From the NCBI GenBank assembly GCA_964016885.1, contig OZ024745.1:33108001-33172000 (forward strand): a stretch of 64,000 nucleotides of DNA, read 5' to 3'. Position 1 is the first letter of the stretch. Every line of letters begins with the position of its first letter. The position numbers were made by a program, and so were the translations under genes. Below are positions 1 to 12,928 of the stretch, piece after piece. The notes beneath the pieces are model-generated. The model was given only the letters and a program-made list of their open reading frames with translations. It did not search any database and was not told the DNA's origin. The stretch comes from Eledone cirrhosa (lineage: Eukaryota).

Positions 1-367
1 CAGACTAGTGATTAGAGATGGCCCAATTTTGCTTCACAATAATGCACGGCCTCACACCTCTCAAGCTACGGTCCACAAGTTGCAAAGTCTGAATTATGAA
101 ATTTTGCAACATCCTCCCTATTCTCCTGATATATCTCCTACTAGCATTTTGAGCTTTTTATACACAATAAAACATTCTTAAATAGAGAAGAGGTAATTGA
201 AGCATTCGGACAGTTTATCAGTGCAAAAGATAAATTCTTTGAAGATGGAATATATGCCTTAGAGGAACGTTGGGCGAAGGTTAAATGTAAACAAGGATCT
301 TATTTTGAATAAATTAAACACTTAAAAACAATTTTATTCTTTCCATTTCATGTGAGACAACCTAATA
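1..367 (+). mobile_element. Mariner (DD34D-type) transposase 3' remnant with right end
   Basis: Translates to PILLHNNARPHTSQATVHKLQSLNYEILQHPPYSPDISPT, matching the mariner HDNARPH and HPPYSPDLAP motifs. A frameshift/deletion follows, then the typical GSYFE* end at ~312 and a TIR-like ACAACCTAATA. Confidence 0.85.
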
Positions 368-1271
368 CTACAAATACTTTACTAATCAACTCATTTTTAG
401 ATATATTCTGCCAAATTATTAAGAGCTAACCATCTCGTCTAACGATTCATCTTACTCATGTTCGTAAATTTTTTGTGTATATATGTTATCATCATCGTTT
501 AAATTCCATTTTCCACACTTGCATGGAATAGACGGGTTGTCACATTAAGAGACAAGTCAGGTCCAGATACGTCTTGCCCATACGGACCTGTATTTTGGCT
601 TGGTTTTTTTATATGGCTGGAAGCCCTTCCTAACACCAACCACATTAGTTATATACATTTTAAATTTCTTTTCTGCAATTTATTTATGTTACATATTCTT
701 GTCCCTTCTTTGTCCAACAAATCCGTTTCATGTTTCAAAACATTTTTTTAATGTTTGTAGGAGTTACTAAGATAATGTTTCCATTAGACCATTATAAATG
801 TCTTCATTTAGACAATTCATGTAATGTAAAACTGATATTTCTTACTTTTCCTACTTTCATAGACTTTATCATCACCACCACCATTTAACACCTGTTTATC
901 TATGCTACCATTGGCTGAGCCAGTTGTCAAACCAACTCAGTACTTAATCAGGGATATTAACTTTTCAGACATGCCGGACTCTGACATTTTGCTTACATAC
1001 ATTCCAACACTTTACAGGATGTACTGGGTGCAATATGTCATGGCACAACCACCAGGGAGGTTGTTGTACCTTTGACAAAACCGAAGAAGCACTTCTAAAA
1101 TAATATCTAAAGATATTTTATGATAAGGTCATTGGAACAGAAACTAGTTTTTAAGTGAGGAATTCACTTTACAAACATGTTGGTCGTGTGGAACCTAGTT
1201 GTTAAATGAAGAGTGGCTGAACTGTTAAAGTATTCAAAAGAAATAAAACTGTAATTTCAAATTTTACTTAC

Positions 1272-1436
1272 ATATCAATTATATCCAGCTTTGATTCTAA
1301 TGGTCTGGGTTCCTCTTTACTAACAGGAGAACCAACTGAAACCAACTTTGGTGATTTAGAATCAATTGAAGGTCGTTGTGGAGATCTAGATCGACTGCTT
1401 TCTTTTGATGACCTACTTCTAGAAGAACTTCTTGAC
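1272..1436 (-). CDS. SRRM1: SRRM1 coding exon 6 (RS-rich; gene continues beyond the left edge)
   Basis: CAG acceptor, GTAAGT donor, 165 nt phase 2-2; encodes (R)SRSSSRSRSSKESSRSRSPQRPSIDSKSPK...LDIID in frame with exon 5. Confidence 0.85.
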
Positions 1437-2943
1437 CTGTATATATATAAAAAAATAGCAAACATTAAACCTTTTAATACTGAAATCGTCCTTGGCTCTA
1501 CCATACAAAACCACAAAGTGTCAATAATCATTACTGCTTTATATCTATTTTCCCTGCATGGGTTAGACAGGTTGTCACATTCTGAGGCTAGACCTGTCAA
1601 ATGACTTCATTTTACACATGTTCATTTTGGCGTGGTTTCGACAGCTACATGCCATTCCAATGCTACTCACTCCACTGGGTACATATTATTGGGGCACCAA
1701 CGCTACTACTTTACACACACATATGTGTATGTATACAAAAAAAAGTAAAATTATGCTACAAACAAGAAAGTTAGATAATATCATTTTTTTTAAACTCATA
1801 ACTCCTGATGAAGTTGTAGGGGTGCTTTATTGACAGTGTTTCTCAGGGCATTTTTAAAGCCTGGTGGAGCCCATCTCTCCTCTAGATCTGAACACAGCAA
1901 ATTATTCCAGAGAAGGACAGGTGAGAAAGAGATATAGAAAAAGAATCAACCCCAGTACTAGAATGGTACTTTTTAATTTACCTCAAATGGATGAATAGCA
2001 AAGTTGACCATGGCATGATTTGAACTGAGAAAGCAGAGAGCCAGAAAGAATACTGTTGCAAAGCATTCTATCTGATATTGTAATGACTGCCAATTCATTG
2101 CCTATAGTTATATTTTTAAATCCCTCCAAATTCTTGAGTGTTTTCAAAATTATTAAAAAAAAAAAAAATCAAAAAAAAATCACTGGCAATGGTTTTTATT
2201 AGAAATATGGTAACAGAAGGTTAATAATAAATATAAAAAAAAAATTTTCAGCAAAGATTAGGCTTAAGCTGATTAATAATCTTCCAACACTAGTAATTAT
2301 TGACTTGAAACAATATTTATTCAAATTAATTGAGAATTATCCAAAGATTGATTGTACAAGTTGGTTAGACAATTAGAAAAGAAACTAAAAATGACAAAAT
2401 AGTTTTTAAATCTTTCAGCTACAACTCAATTCTGAACCCTTTCAAGACCCTATTTCTATTGAAATATAATAAAACTGCCTCTATGTTATTATTTTAAATT
2501 TTGGAAATAATCAGTAACTGGTTGCTTCTTCTTTGTCCGCTTATTTCTGAAAGGTCGTGAGGGAAGAGTCTTCAAACACTCCTACCAACAGGTCCTGTCA
2601 AAAGCAACCATCTCCAACTAATCCGGAATTAGTATTGCATATACTAATAAAAAAGGGACACTTCAATTATTCATCTACACTGAAAATAAACTGGTTAATT
2701 TATTTTACAGATTATTATAGTAAAGTTCCTAGCATCAAAAACACTCAATTTGAAGACCCCCACCACACCAGTCTCAAAAATAAAGCCTCATCATCTTTGC
2801 GAAGTTTAACGCAACTATTATTCTCTGAGGTGTAAGGTAAATTTTTTAGATATATTCTAGGGAAAAAGTAAGAAAACTGCTTGTTTGACACTAGGAAATT
2901 TTGTGCTTTAAAAAAAAAAAACTGGAAAATCTAAAAAGCTCAC

Positions 2944-3053
2944 CTGTCTAGAGACCTTTGATCTCTTCTGTCAGCATCGTGACGGTCTTTATTAATATCT
3001 TTCATATGTTCTTCTTGCTTTCTTAAGCCAGCCTGAATTCGTTCCTGTTCAGC
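2944..3053 (-). CDS. SRRM1: SRRM1 coding exon 5
   Basis: TAG acceptor, GTGAG donor, 110 nt; AEQERIQAGLRKQEEHMKDINKDRHDADRRDQRSLD(R), the charged segment after the PWI domain. Confidence 0.9.
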
Positions 3054-3278
3054 CTAAATGGGAGATGGTCATATCAGAATATATTTACAATTATTATTTT
3101 GAAAGTCAAATAAATTTGCACATTTTAAATCGTATATGTATATCTAATGAGGATCAATGATACATCTTAAATTGTAGTCATTGAACCAATTTGGAGCCAA
3201 GGAGTCAACTGTCCAAATATCTGCTTTGCTAATTCTGATTAACACATCAATAGAGAAAATAAACAGATACGTGCTTAC

Positions 3279-3452
3279 CTGGCGTTTTTTGATTTCTTCT
3301 TTTTTTTGTTCAAGGAATTTTGTTGGAATTCCACTAACATTATCTTGCGCACTTATCAACAAATCCCACAACTCTTGCATAAAAATCCGGGCATTTTTGG
3401 GGTTCAGGAATCCGGTAAGATTAATTTGAATATCCTTTGGATCTGGCTGTTG
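3279..3452 (-). CDS. SRRM1: SRRM1 coding exon 4 (PWI domain C-terminal part)
   Basis: 174 nt, GTAAGC donor; QQPDPKDIQINLTGFLNPKNARIFMQELWDLLISAQDNVSGIPTKFLEQKKEEIKKRQ closely matches the SRm160 PWI domain (QINLTGFL...ELWPLLLSAQ...GIP). Confidence 0.95.
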
Positions 3453-4006
3453 CTATGAAGTTATAGAATAAAAAAATTTAACAACAAACGCCCACCTGAA
3501 ATCAACAGGCCATTACCTGTATGACAATCTAAAACAATAAAACAAAGGACAAAGGAGCTACAATGAACAAGTGTTCTTCATGGTTTAACAGATAATATAC
3601 TTAGCTTATTCCAAAAAGTAAAGAGGCCTGCAGGACAATAGCCAAAGAAATAAAACTGCTTTGTACTTACTAGTAAATACTAATCACACTAGTGCTCTTT
3701 AGTTTTGAAAATTATATAAATTTCTAACTAATGATCACAAACATTTATTTCAAATATAAATTACTGCTTCACCTCAACTAATATCAGTTAATAAAGTACA
3801 TCAATATTTTGGGGCCCTGCAAAATGTAGGCTGGACATATGGATGCTTTAACCACCGTTGAAAGGTAACCGAATACTACAAATAACAAAAGTGCTATCCT
3901 ATAACATTTTCTCATAACAAAATATCACTTAAAAAAAAGGAGAGAGAGAGAGAGAGAGAAGAAAGAATAGATTAAAAGGAAAAACCAGCCCCAAATTTAT
4001 TATTAT

Positions 4007-4046
<40 letters not shown>

Positions 4047-5071
4047 ATTTTTGCTTTGAAATTACTATATAGTGATTTCCAAGCAAAAATTATTTTATTT
4101 TATATATATATATATACTTCAGCCCAAATTCAGCTATGCAATAACTGAATTAAAACCTAAAAATTATTTTGGCATTTGATCCCAATGTTAGTAACATTAT
4201 AAACAAAAATATGAGCATTTCAGATGAAAATAGAACTGATTTGATTAAGAAATCACCCTAGGCCTACCTAAGAAAGTAGAAACCAACTTCTAAAACAATA
4301 ATTAGTGAAATCTAGGAAAGATAAAAAATTGTGGTATTACTGAACAAATCTTTAAATTGATATGTCAATGAGAAAGTCTTTTTGTGATCACTCATCTCAC
4401 TAGAAAAAGTAGCCAAATCTGACTCAAATCACACAATGAAAAAAAAAATTAGATAGACAATGTAATTGTAGAAAAACCTAAAAAGATGAGATGGTCACAA
4501 CTAGAATGCCTTGGATACTAATTCTGTCCAATCAGTGTTGACATGGGATTAAACTTTAAATTGAGAAACCATAAACACACATACATACACAAAGTCATAC
4601 AATTATATAAATCATGTAAATTTAATTAAACCAACGGAATTTTCTCACTGTATCATTGCTAAAAGGTAATATATTCCAAAACAAGTGCTCAGACAAATAA
4701 TTTAACTAACATAAATAAAACCAAATACTTTATTCTAAAGGGAGATAAATATGAAAATATTGTCATATTATATTATGACTTAAACCCGCACAGGATTAAA
4801 AGTAAATTTAGAAGCACCGAAAGAAGACTTTTTAGACCATTCCAAAATCAGAACTTAAACATAAAAATCCCCAATGTAACATACATGCTCATGTGTTTTT
4901 TTCTTTCTTTTGTTAACTAAGTCCCTAAACACAATAGTTCCTGTACACTAGCAGATAGTATTTTGGTGTAAATGCTATTACTTATTTTAGAGGGGGGAAA
5001 AAGATTAGAGCAGTGTGCAACAAATTACCATAAATGATGCAAGAGGAACAAAGGTCAAGAGAAACACATAC

Positions 5072-5263
5072 CACGGTTGAGAATGTCTTAAAATGTCCCG
5101 ACCATGTGGTTTATACCACCTTTGAGAGAAAGGTTGTTGCTCATCGATGGCAGCGACGACCAATAGCATCCAGCCGACATAATAGTAAGAAATTAATCCT
5201 GCAAGTGAGCAGCTTTGCCAGGACTTTGACGGGACAGGGAAGGCGTTTATAATTTGATCATCT
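5072..5263 (-). other. SRRM1: Candidate PTC-containing (poison) cassette exon in SRRM1 intron 3
   Basis: Non-repetitive GC-elevated island. It has a TACTGAT branch-like site, a pyrimidine tract with TAG acceptor, an immediate AGA TGA stop in phase 0, and a GTG|GTATGT donor (weaker donors at 5117 and 5120). Confidence 0.6.
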
Positions 5264-5324
5264 CTAATTGTGAGAGGAAACAGCCAAACATCAGTACATT
5301 ACCATAAACAACCAGAAACATATA

Positions 5325-6006
5325 TACCGTATACTCGTGTAAAAACCAAAAACAAATTTTAAAACTATTTTTTGAAGGTTAAATTTATGGGCAGCTATTA
5401 TTTTGAGGGACTGAAATTCACGCTAAAATTCAAAATACCAAATGGACTCTGAATTACTAAAAGCAAAAACAATGACTTACAGTAATAATTGTTTCTACGT
5501 TTAGGCACAAGGCCAGCAATTACCCAGTGCATTACTGGTACTTTATTTTATCGACCCCGTAAGGATGAAAGGCAAAGTCAACCTCGGCAGGATTTGAACT
5601 CAGATCGTAAAGGGACGTAACTATGCTGGAAAGCATGGCGTCCGACCCTCTACCGATATTGCCAATCCACAATGGTTTCTAGTTTAGGCACAAGGCCAGC
5701 AATTGTGGGGAGAGGTGAACATTTATTAAAATGACCCCAGGACAAATGGCAAAGTTGATGTTGGCAGGATTTGAACTCAGAATGTAAAGACATAGATGGA
5801 ACAAATGCCAAAAATCATTTTGCCTGACACTAATGATTCTGCCAATTCATTGCTTTCTGAATTCCAGTAATAATACTGATGTCTCTATCAACAAAACATT
5901 ATAAAGACTTCAAAGCCCTTTTATTTGTGTAACATAAAAATTAATTTCCTCATCCAATTATTATGAGATACATAGGGGCTCAACTTTTACACGAGTATAT
6001 ATGGTA
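5325..6006. mobile_element. Tc1/mariner/pogo-like MITE carrying two nested SINEs
   Basis: TIRs TACCGTATACTCGTGTAAAA ... TTTTACACGAGTATATATGGTA with TA ends. Confidence 0.7.
5484..5855 (-). mobile_element. Two tandem tRNA-derived SINE copies (family A)
   Basis: B-box GAGTTCAAATCC, core GCCTTTCATCCTTACGGGGTCGATAAAATAAAGTACCAG, tail GCTGGCCTTGTGCCTAAA..TAGAAAC(ATT)n; same family as 21163-21845. Confidence 0.85.
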
Positions 6007-6227
6007 TATATATAAATACAGATATAATTTACATTATAGAATTCAGTAGATTCTATATATACAAATAATTATATAGTTTTATATGACAAATAAGTACATT
6101 ATGAAATCTATTAAAATATGATACATGTCAATTATATGTTGTCAATAATCTATTACATTCAATTACATTATTAATATTACATATACAACATGACAAATAA
6201 CAAGAACAGATCATTAAAAGCACCTAC

Positions 6228-6350
6228 TTTGTCTTCAAGTTGATTATATACAAATTCTACAATAACATCATCCTCAATCCCTAAAAGTTCAGTGATCCTC
6301 TGAGATATCCATGGCTTCAGAGTTTCCACATTGACTTTGTTCATATCAAC
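6228..6350 (-). CDS. SRRM1: SRRM1 coding exon 3 (PWI motif)
   Basis: 123 nt phase 0-0; VDMNKVNVETLKPWISQRITELLGIEDDVIVEFVYNQLEDK contains the KPWI signature; TAG acceptor and GTAGG donor. Confidence 0.96.
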
Positions 6351-7675
6351 CTAAAATTACAGAAACAATCATATCAAATAATTGACTCACCCAACAAAAC
6401 AATGAATAGTACAAACAATGATAATGCTTTAATCTTGTATAATTTAAATATTAAATCACATTTTTTAAAGATATGTGAAAAATAATTTCATATGAATGCT
6501 CTTGGGAAAATGAAAAGACAGAAAGGGGTAATAAAATTATTTATAAGATGTAACAGAGATGAAGCAAATGGTCTCTAAACAAATAGAAACGACACTCAAA
6601 AGTAAACTTTAATAAGAAAGTCATCTCAAACTGTAAACAAACTTTTACTCATCAGTTTCCAACAATATATATACATTACCAGAAGTTCCTGGCGGTGATT
6701 ATAGCGGATTAATTGCCTTAAAGAGAAATTACACACAATTATACAATTCCATACCAAAATTTTGAAATTAATCTTTAAAAATATATATTAAATAGAGTAG
6801 CAGAGACTTATTAATATTATAAAACCATTACAGATATAATTATTATTAGCACTATTATCTATGAAAACCAAGTCTTTAATTTATTTTTGTCATATTCCTA
6901 GCAATATTATAAACATCATTGGTATTATGTCCACTTTTCTATGCTGGCATAAACTGGACGAGACTTGTTTTTTACAGCTTGATGCCGTTCTTGAGACAAA
7001 CCGATACTTTACAATTAAGTATGGCATATACTGTTCATTTTTGTTGGACCAATTAACTGCTTGCTTTAGATGGCATCAATATGAAAATATTCAGTGACTA
7101 ACACACACATCTGAGGCTATATTAGACACTTGGCCAAAATGCCAGGCAGTGGGACTGAATTGAAATCATGTGGTTCTGAAGTAAACTTCCTAATCTGATA
7201 TACATATAATTATTCACATTACCTTTGAAAACTGAACCTAGATTCTTTTTATCACATTCCTAGCAATATCATATATCAATTCTCATCTGAAGTTTTTTTG
7301 TTTTTTTTTTAATCACAGAATATGAAGACATTACCAAAAGAGATGTGGAAGCCATATCTACTAACAAATATTTTATATTTTCAGTTAGATTGACTAAACC
7401 AAGTCAAATTACATAGCTTGTCTATAAGCATTCCTTCTGGCAGAGCTTTAAGACAATATTTAGTTGAAAAATTGAACCTTGTAGCTTTCTGCCCCTACCC
7501 ATTCTGACATGCCTTATAAAGACTTGGAAACATTGTTTAGCCAACCTAATCCTGTCAGGAAAGCCTTACTCCTCAAACAGGCTAATCTACAATTTTAAGA
7601 TTAGAATTTTTACTAGTTTCAGTTAATATGAAAGAGAAGGAAAAAAAGAAAGGAAAAAAAAAAAAAGACATTTAC

Positions 7676-7765
7676 TTTTTTCTCCAATCCATCTGCAAAT
7701 TTCATTGATTTCAATAGTTTTTTCTTTTTATCTGCGAACCGATTGTCCTGCTCTGCACTGGTTCC
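7676..7765 (-). CDS. SRRM1: SRRM1 coding exon 2
   Basis: 90 nt; GTSAEQDNRFADKKKKLLKSMKFADGLEKK, near-identical to the SRm160 N-terminus; canonical AG/GT. Confidence 0.96.
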
Positions 7766-10700
7766 CTACAAGTGAAAAATAATTTTATGTTACTTATATT
7801 TAAAGAAAATAAAATATAATAGCTAATATAGATAAAACTGAAAAGCTATGATCATCATTTTTACAGTAGCTTTTCCATGTTAGCATAGGTTGGACATAAC
7901 ATTTCTACAACCGGATGCCCTTTTCAATGCCAATTTATACTTAAGTATGGCATACAGCTTTAATTTACAGTGAACTGCTTGATTTAAATGTTATTGATAT
8001 GTGATAAACTGACACACACATTTTATATCAATTGCACTCAAAGCACTGGGATCGAACTCGCAACCACATGCTGGATTTAGTTATTACAACTATAATTTTA
8101 TACACTCAGACCACAGCACAGTCAATATCCAGAAAAAAAATCACAAGAAAGAATTTTTCTAAATCGCCTTTATAATAAGAATTAAAACCCCCTAAATCCA
8201 GACATTACTATCTTAAAAAAGTAGGGACAAAGTTAATGCAATGTTCCGAGGAACTCACTATTGCTGGAGGAAAAATAGTCATGGCTTCCATGCTTTTATG
8301 GATGGCCATGGGTTAAACAATAAGTTAATTAACATACATAAATCTGAATTATTTACAAATATCTATCTATCTATCTAGGGTGGGTAAAATTCCCAAGATC
8401 CATGGACGAGTTCATCATCGCTGCCATGTCCTGCGTCTCCCAGAGACCAGTGTTCGTCCTTAGGGCATCAATATGTCAACCTCGATCTCCCTCTTTTAGC
8501 GTGTCCATATAGAGGCTCCCACAGGAGCACTGAGTACAGTATCAACTCTGAATGTCGGTGAGTATATATGTATATATACTTGATATTTTAATTTTAAATA
8601 CTTTACAAATATTCAGTCTACACATTGAGATAGGATCAGATGGTTTAAATGGTGATGATGGCATACATTAGAGAGAGAAACAGCAATGTTTATGTAAATA
8701 TCAGAGGCACATTTAAGGTTTTATGGTTAGAATATAGGGATTATATGATTTGTATATAATCTCGAAATAATTATTAAGAGCAGACGGTATTTTCGAAAAA
8801 TTTTTAATATTGAACACGTCTGATTATTTTGTAAATAATTTTACAGGAAGGTAGTTTGAACTAGTAATGCGAATTTCTAAACATAGTTTAATCAAGAGAC
8901 TAATGTTTAGCCACATGTCAACCTTGTTAAAACAAATTTATGATAAAAATCATTTCAGCCATGATTATCAAGCCCCTCCCACCCTTTTTTTCACGCATAA
9001 GTTTCCATTGTATTTCTCTTTTTAAGACAATAGTAATTAGAGCGAGAATTTGCTGTTATTTCTAACAGGTCGAAAGATGCGTTGAGACTTCCTTTTCTTG
9101 ACTTATTACTGCATAAAAAAAAAGGACCCAAGTCCTGTTGCCAGACAAACTGAAGGTTTCAAGTTGTTCAAATATCAACCGCTTTCCGACAAGTCTGTAG
9201 TAGAACGTGTAGCAGTGGAACTTCAGGCGTTCTGGAATCCAGAGCCACCTCCTTACATGTTATTATCGGGACAGAGTTGGACTGGCTCTACCAACAAATT
9301 TTCCCCGCTAACTTTCAGAGTAACCTCTTTCTATTCTGCCCGTTAAAATCATAAGGCGGTGGTATATACCTGAGGCTTTTGCACGTCGGAGAGGCGTGAT
9401 ATTCTATCAACTGGTTCGTGCTGTGTTACCGTTAGTCATTACATACACAAAATTTCAACGCATAAAGTGTTTATAGCTAGCTCAACAGTTCTCATATATA
9501 TCATTATCACACAATACCTTGCAACATGTGCTTTAAATGAGGTGAATATACAAACAAAACATCAAGCTCGATAAATTGTTGTCCATAACTCCCAAGTATG
9601 GAAGTGATATGTAAAATAAATCCACCCGGTATTTCTCTTTGGCACATTACTTCAAAGATATTCATCACCCTCAGTATATACGTTTTGTAAATTTCATCTT
9701 CACATTACATTTCAACAACGAAAGTATTTATCATTTTGATTATATCTCTTATATGCCCCCATACTTAAAATTCATGAATGTTAAACTCTCGGGATTTGTG
9801 TTCGCTTGATGTGCCGAAAATTCGTAATTGGAAGCTAGGAATTAGATTTTATTTTTACAAACGCCTACCAGCTTATATTAGCACAACCAAACATGCTATT
9901 TTTGAAAATGTACTATAATAGACTATTTTACAATCAAACTTCTTCATTATCAATAATTATATTTAATTGCTATATTTTAATTACTTCCATTAAATAAAAA
10001 CATTTCGAGGTTGTCTTACAAAATTGTTTAACGTCTGGTCAGACCCGATCATCCCAGCTTTGTATAAAGAAATCAGGTTTACAAGACGGTATGGCGTGAT
10101 TTGAGGGAGATTTAGCAGCTTTTTCTAGTAGGTTTAAGTGATCGCGTAAGCTCCACACACCCGGAGAAAGGGGGTAAAGATCCAAAGTCGACCACATGCC
10201 CTTAAGTTAGGTGTCTTTTGTGGGGTCCACTTTGTTGCAAGCATTCGGACCAGATCTCCGGTTTGTGGATACCTTCCTCCTACCAAACTAGGAGACACTG
10301 AATAATAAGCTTATGAATATTATCCATCTCTGAGTAAACAGCAAATTACAAAGAAAATCTAGATTTGTTCTAAGACTCTTTAATGTAACGAAAAAGTTTC
10401 GTTATTTTGTACACTAGAAACACTGTCTTACCATTAAAAAAAATATTTGAACCGTTCTGAAATTCGGCGTAAATACGGTTTAGTGCTCCATCACTCGAAA
10501 ATGAAAGTTTATTACGATTACCAATAAAACTATTTTCATATGTGGGTAATAAAGAAATCATTATTGTAAAGTTCCGTTAATGTCTTTATATAAACTTAAT
10601 ACGTTCAATCTGCGTTTTGTAGTATGCTAAACGTAAAATAGGGTTATTTTCCACCATACTTTTCAATTTCGTGTTGATAATGAATACCAATCATTTTCTG

Positions 10701-11234
10701 TAGGAACGCAACGTCATTTATAATACTATGAAGTGCGAAAAAATATACTTTAAAAACAAAAATAAAAAAAAGTCAACATAACAACCTTGAAATCCTATCT
10801 GCAAAATTTCATTTTATATGCATTGTTAAGAAAGCTATAAGGAAACAAAGTCGGCAATGAGGGGGGCGGGGCGGAACTAAACTGCAGTTTATGCTGAAAT
10901 TTCAATAGGTGTACACACGCTGTTTATATTATGTACAGAAATAAAAAATGAATACCACATCCTTAAAGAGCACAACGCTTTCAGATTTACAGTTTGGGTC
11001 GGAAATGAGATTACGTGCTATGTGCGTAAAACAAGGTTATCTCTTTAAAAAACATGAAGCATAATTCTACAAACAGAGAATCGAAACAGTATATCTTGTA
11101 TAACAAGAAACGGGGCAACAATTACGTTTTAAAGGGAAAAAAATAAAATTATGAAAACAGTGCCGAGTGATGAAGAAGCACATGGTGGCAGAAGAGAGAA
11201 CATACAAAAATATATACATATACTGATTTGTAAT

Positions 11235-11425
11235 TTAAGGGAAACGACAAAGCTGATGTGATAATCAACCCTAGTACTTGACTGGTACTTTATATTATCG
11301 GTACTAGAAGGATGAAAAGCAAAGTTGACCTCATAAGGATTTGAACTCAGAATACAAAGAGCCTGAACAAATACCCCAGTGCTATTTTACCCGACGCTCT
11401 CGCAAATTCTGCCAAATCTACCACC
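11235..11425 (-). mobile_element. SINE family A copy
   Basis: Reverse-strand B-box (GATTTGAACTCAG) and core (ACTGGTACTTTAT...GGATGAAAAGCAAAG). Confidence 0.75.
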
Positions 11426-11804
11426 ATAAGCTCCAATTCGAGATGAAATGAAAATACGTGTTGTAAAACGAATCAAACAATAACATTTACATATTACTAA
11501 ATATGTTCGAAGAGGTAATGAGAGATCGAGATCAAGTTATAACCTAGAGTCATTTTGAGATAGATATCCAGTTTATAATTGTTTTCGATGTTCATGTTAA
11601 AGATACAATTATTACTGCTTAAATTTTTTTTAAACATGTGGAATGAAATCGGGATTGTAAACTAGAAACGGCTTTATTGCTCTTTATGGTCACTCGACCT
11701 GCTAAGAATGGGAACCAAATTTTCTTGAAATATTTTAAAAGGGACATATTGGATATTCTTGTCTGCTGCTGGGGTTTAACATACTTATTGTGGCTACAAA
11801 GTAT

Positions 11805-12020
11805 TAATAAGAGTTTCTACTTTTGGCACAAGGTCAGCAATTTGAAGGGAAAGTCGATTAAATTGACCCCGGTGCGTTACTGGTACTTTATTTTATCGAC
11901 CTAGTAAGGATGAAAGGCAAATCTAAACTCGGAGGGATTGGAATTCAGAAGGTAAAGAGCCATAACAATATGCCGCAAAGCATGTTGTCCGACGCTCTAC
12001 CGATACTGCCAATCCACCGT
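11805..12020 (-). mobile_element. SINE family A copy
   Basis: Head-to-tail match to the 21.2-21.8 kb SINE consensus in reverse orientation. Confidence 0.8.
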
Positions 12021-12904
12021 AGTAGTAGTAGTAGTAATAATAGATATAAATTTTAGGCACAAGGCCAAACAATAATAACAACAGCAAAACCAAATGTGAT
12101 TATGGGGGGGGGGGGATCTCCTTGGTCGTTCAAACTACTAGAAACAGAAGTCAAATCATTAAAGACGGGGAGGGGGGGGACTAACAATGTAGTTCTAGAC
12201 ACCCTCTAAAATATGGATAGTTATGGCTGAAACGCTTTTAATCATAGCTCCATTAGATCAAAGCTGCCGTCAAAACTAAGTATACCTTCAAATAAATGTA
12301 TTACACACACACAAGAAAAAGTCTTCGTGGATTCTAAAGGAGGAATCATTTTTCTCCATAAGAGTAATTTATTTTGATATTTCGATATGAAAATATTTAT
12401 AAATTATTTTTAGAAAAGACAAAATAAAAAAAATAAATAAATTTTATCAACTCGAAAATTAAAATGAAACCTTTCCGTAGAACCGAAATTAAAAAGAAAA
12501 ACGAAACATCGTGTCTACATAATTTTATCAATTTCGTACATGGTTTTATCATATTTGATAACAACCATGTTTTAATTACACAGCATTTCGTTAATATCAG
12601 AAAGATAAGTTCAGCGTTATAAATCCAAGCATATTTCCTACAGAAAAATTACACATGCATAATATATAAATTTTTAGAGTGTGTCTCATTATATATATAA
12701 ATATATTGTGTGTAGTTTGAGCGGCAAACAGGTAACATAGCAGCCATATTGTTAAGTGTCTGACCTACATAAAATACACACACCATTATCACACAGTTAA
12801 CATGTTCACAAAGGACCGATTCCAGCGAAATCGACCTAAATGGCAGTAACAGGGGAGATATTAAAATTGCCAGTAAAAATAAATGATTGTTTTTTTCTTT
12901 TTAC

Positions 12905-12928
12905 CTTAAAGAACCCTGCATCCGTCAT
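12905..12928 (-). CDS. SRRM1: SRRM1 coding exon 1 (start codon)
   Basis: ATG ACG GAT GCA GGG TTC TTT AAG|gtaa = MTDAGFFK, matching the SRm160 start MDAGFFR; phase 0 join to exon 2. Confidence 0.93.

Noticed and set aside
1805-1830. CTGATGA as a hammerhead or C/D-box snoRNA
   Set aside because: No stem II or GAAA follows, and it is on the strand opposite the host transcript.
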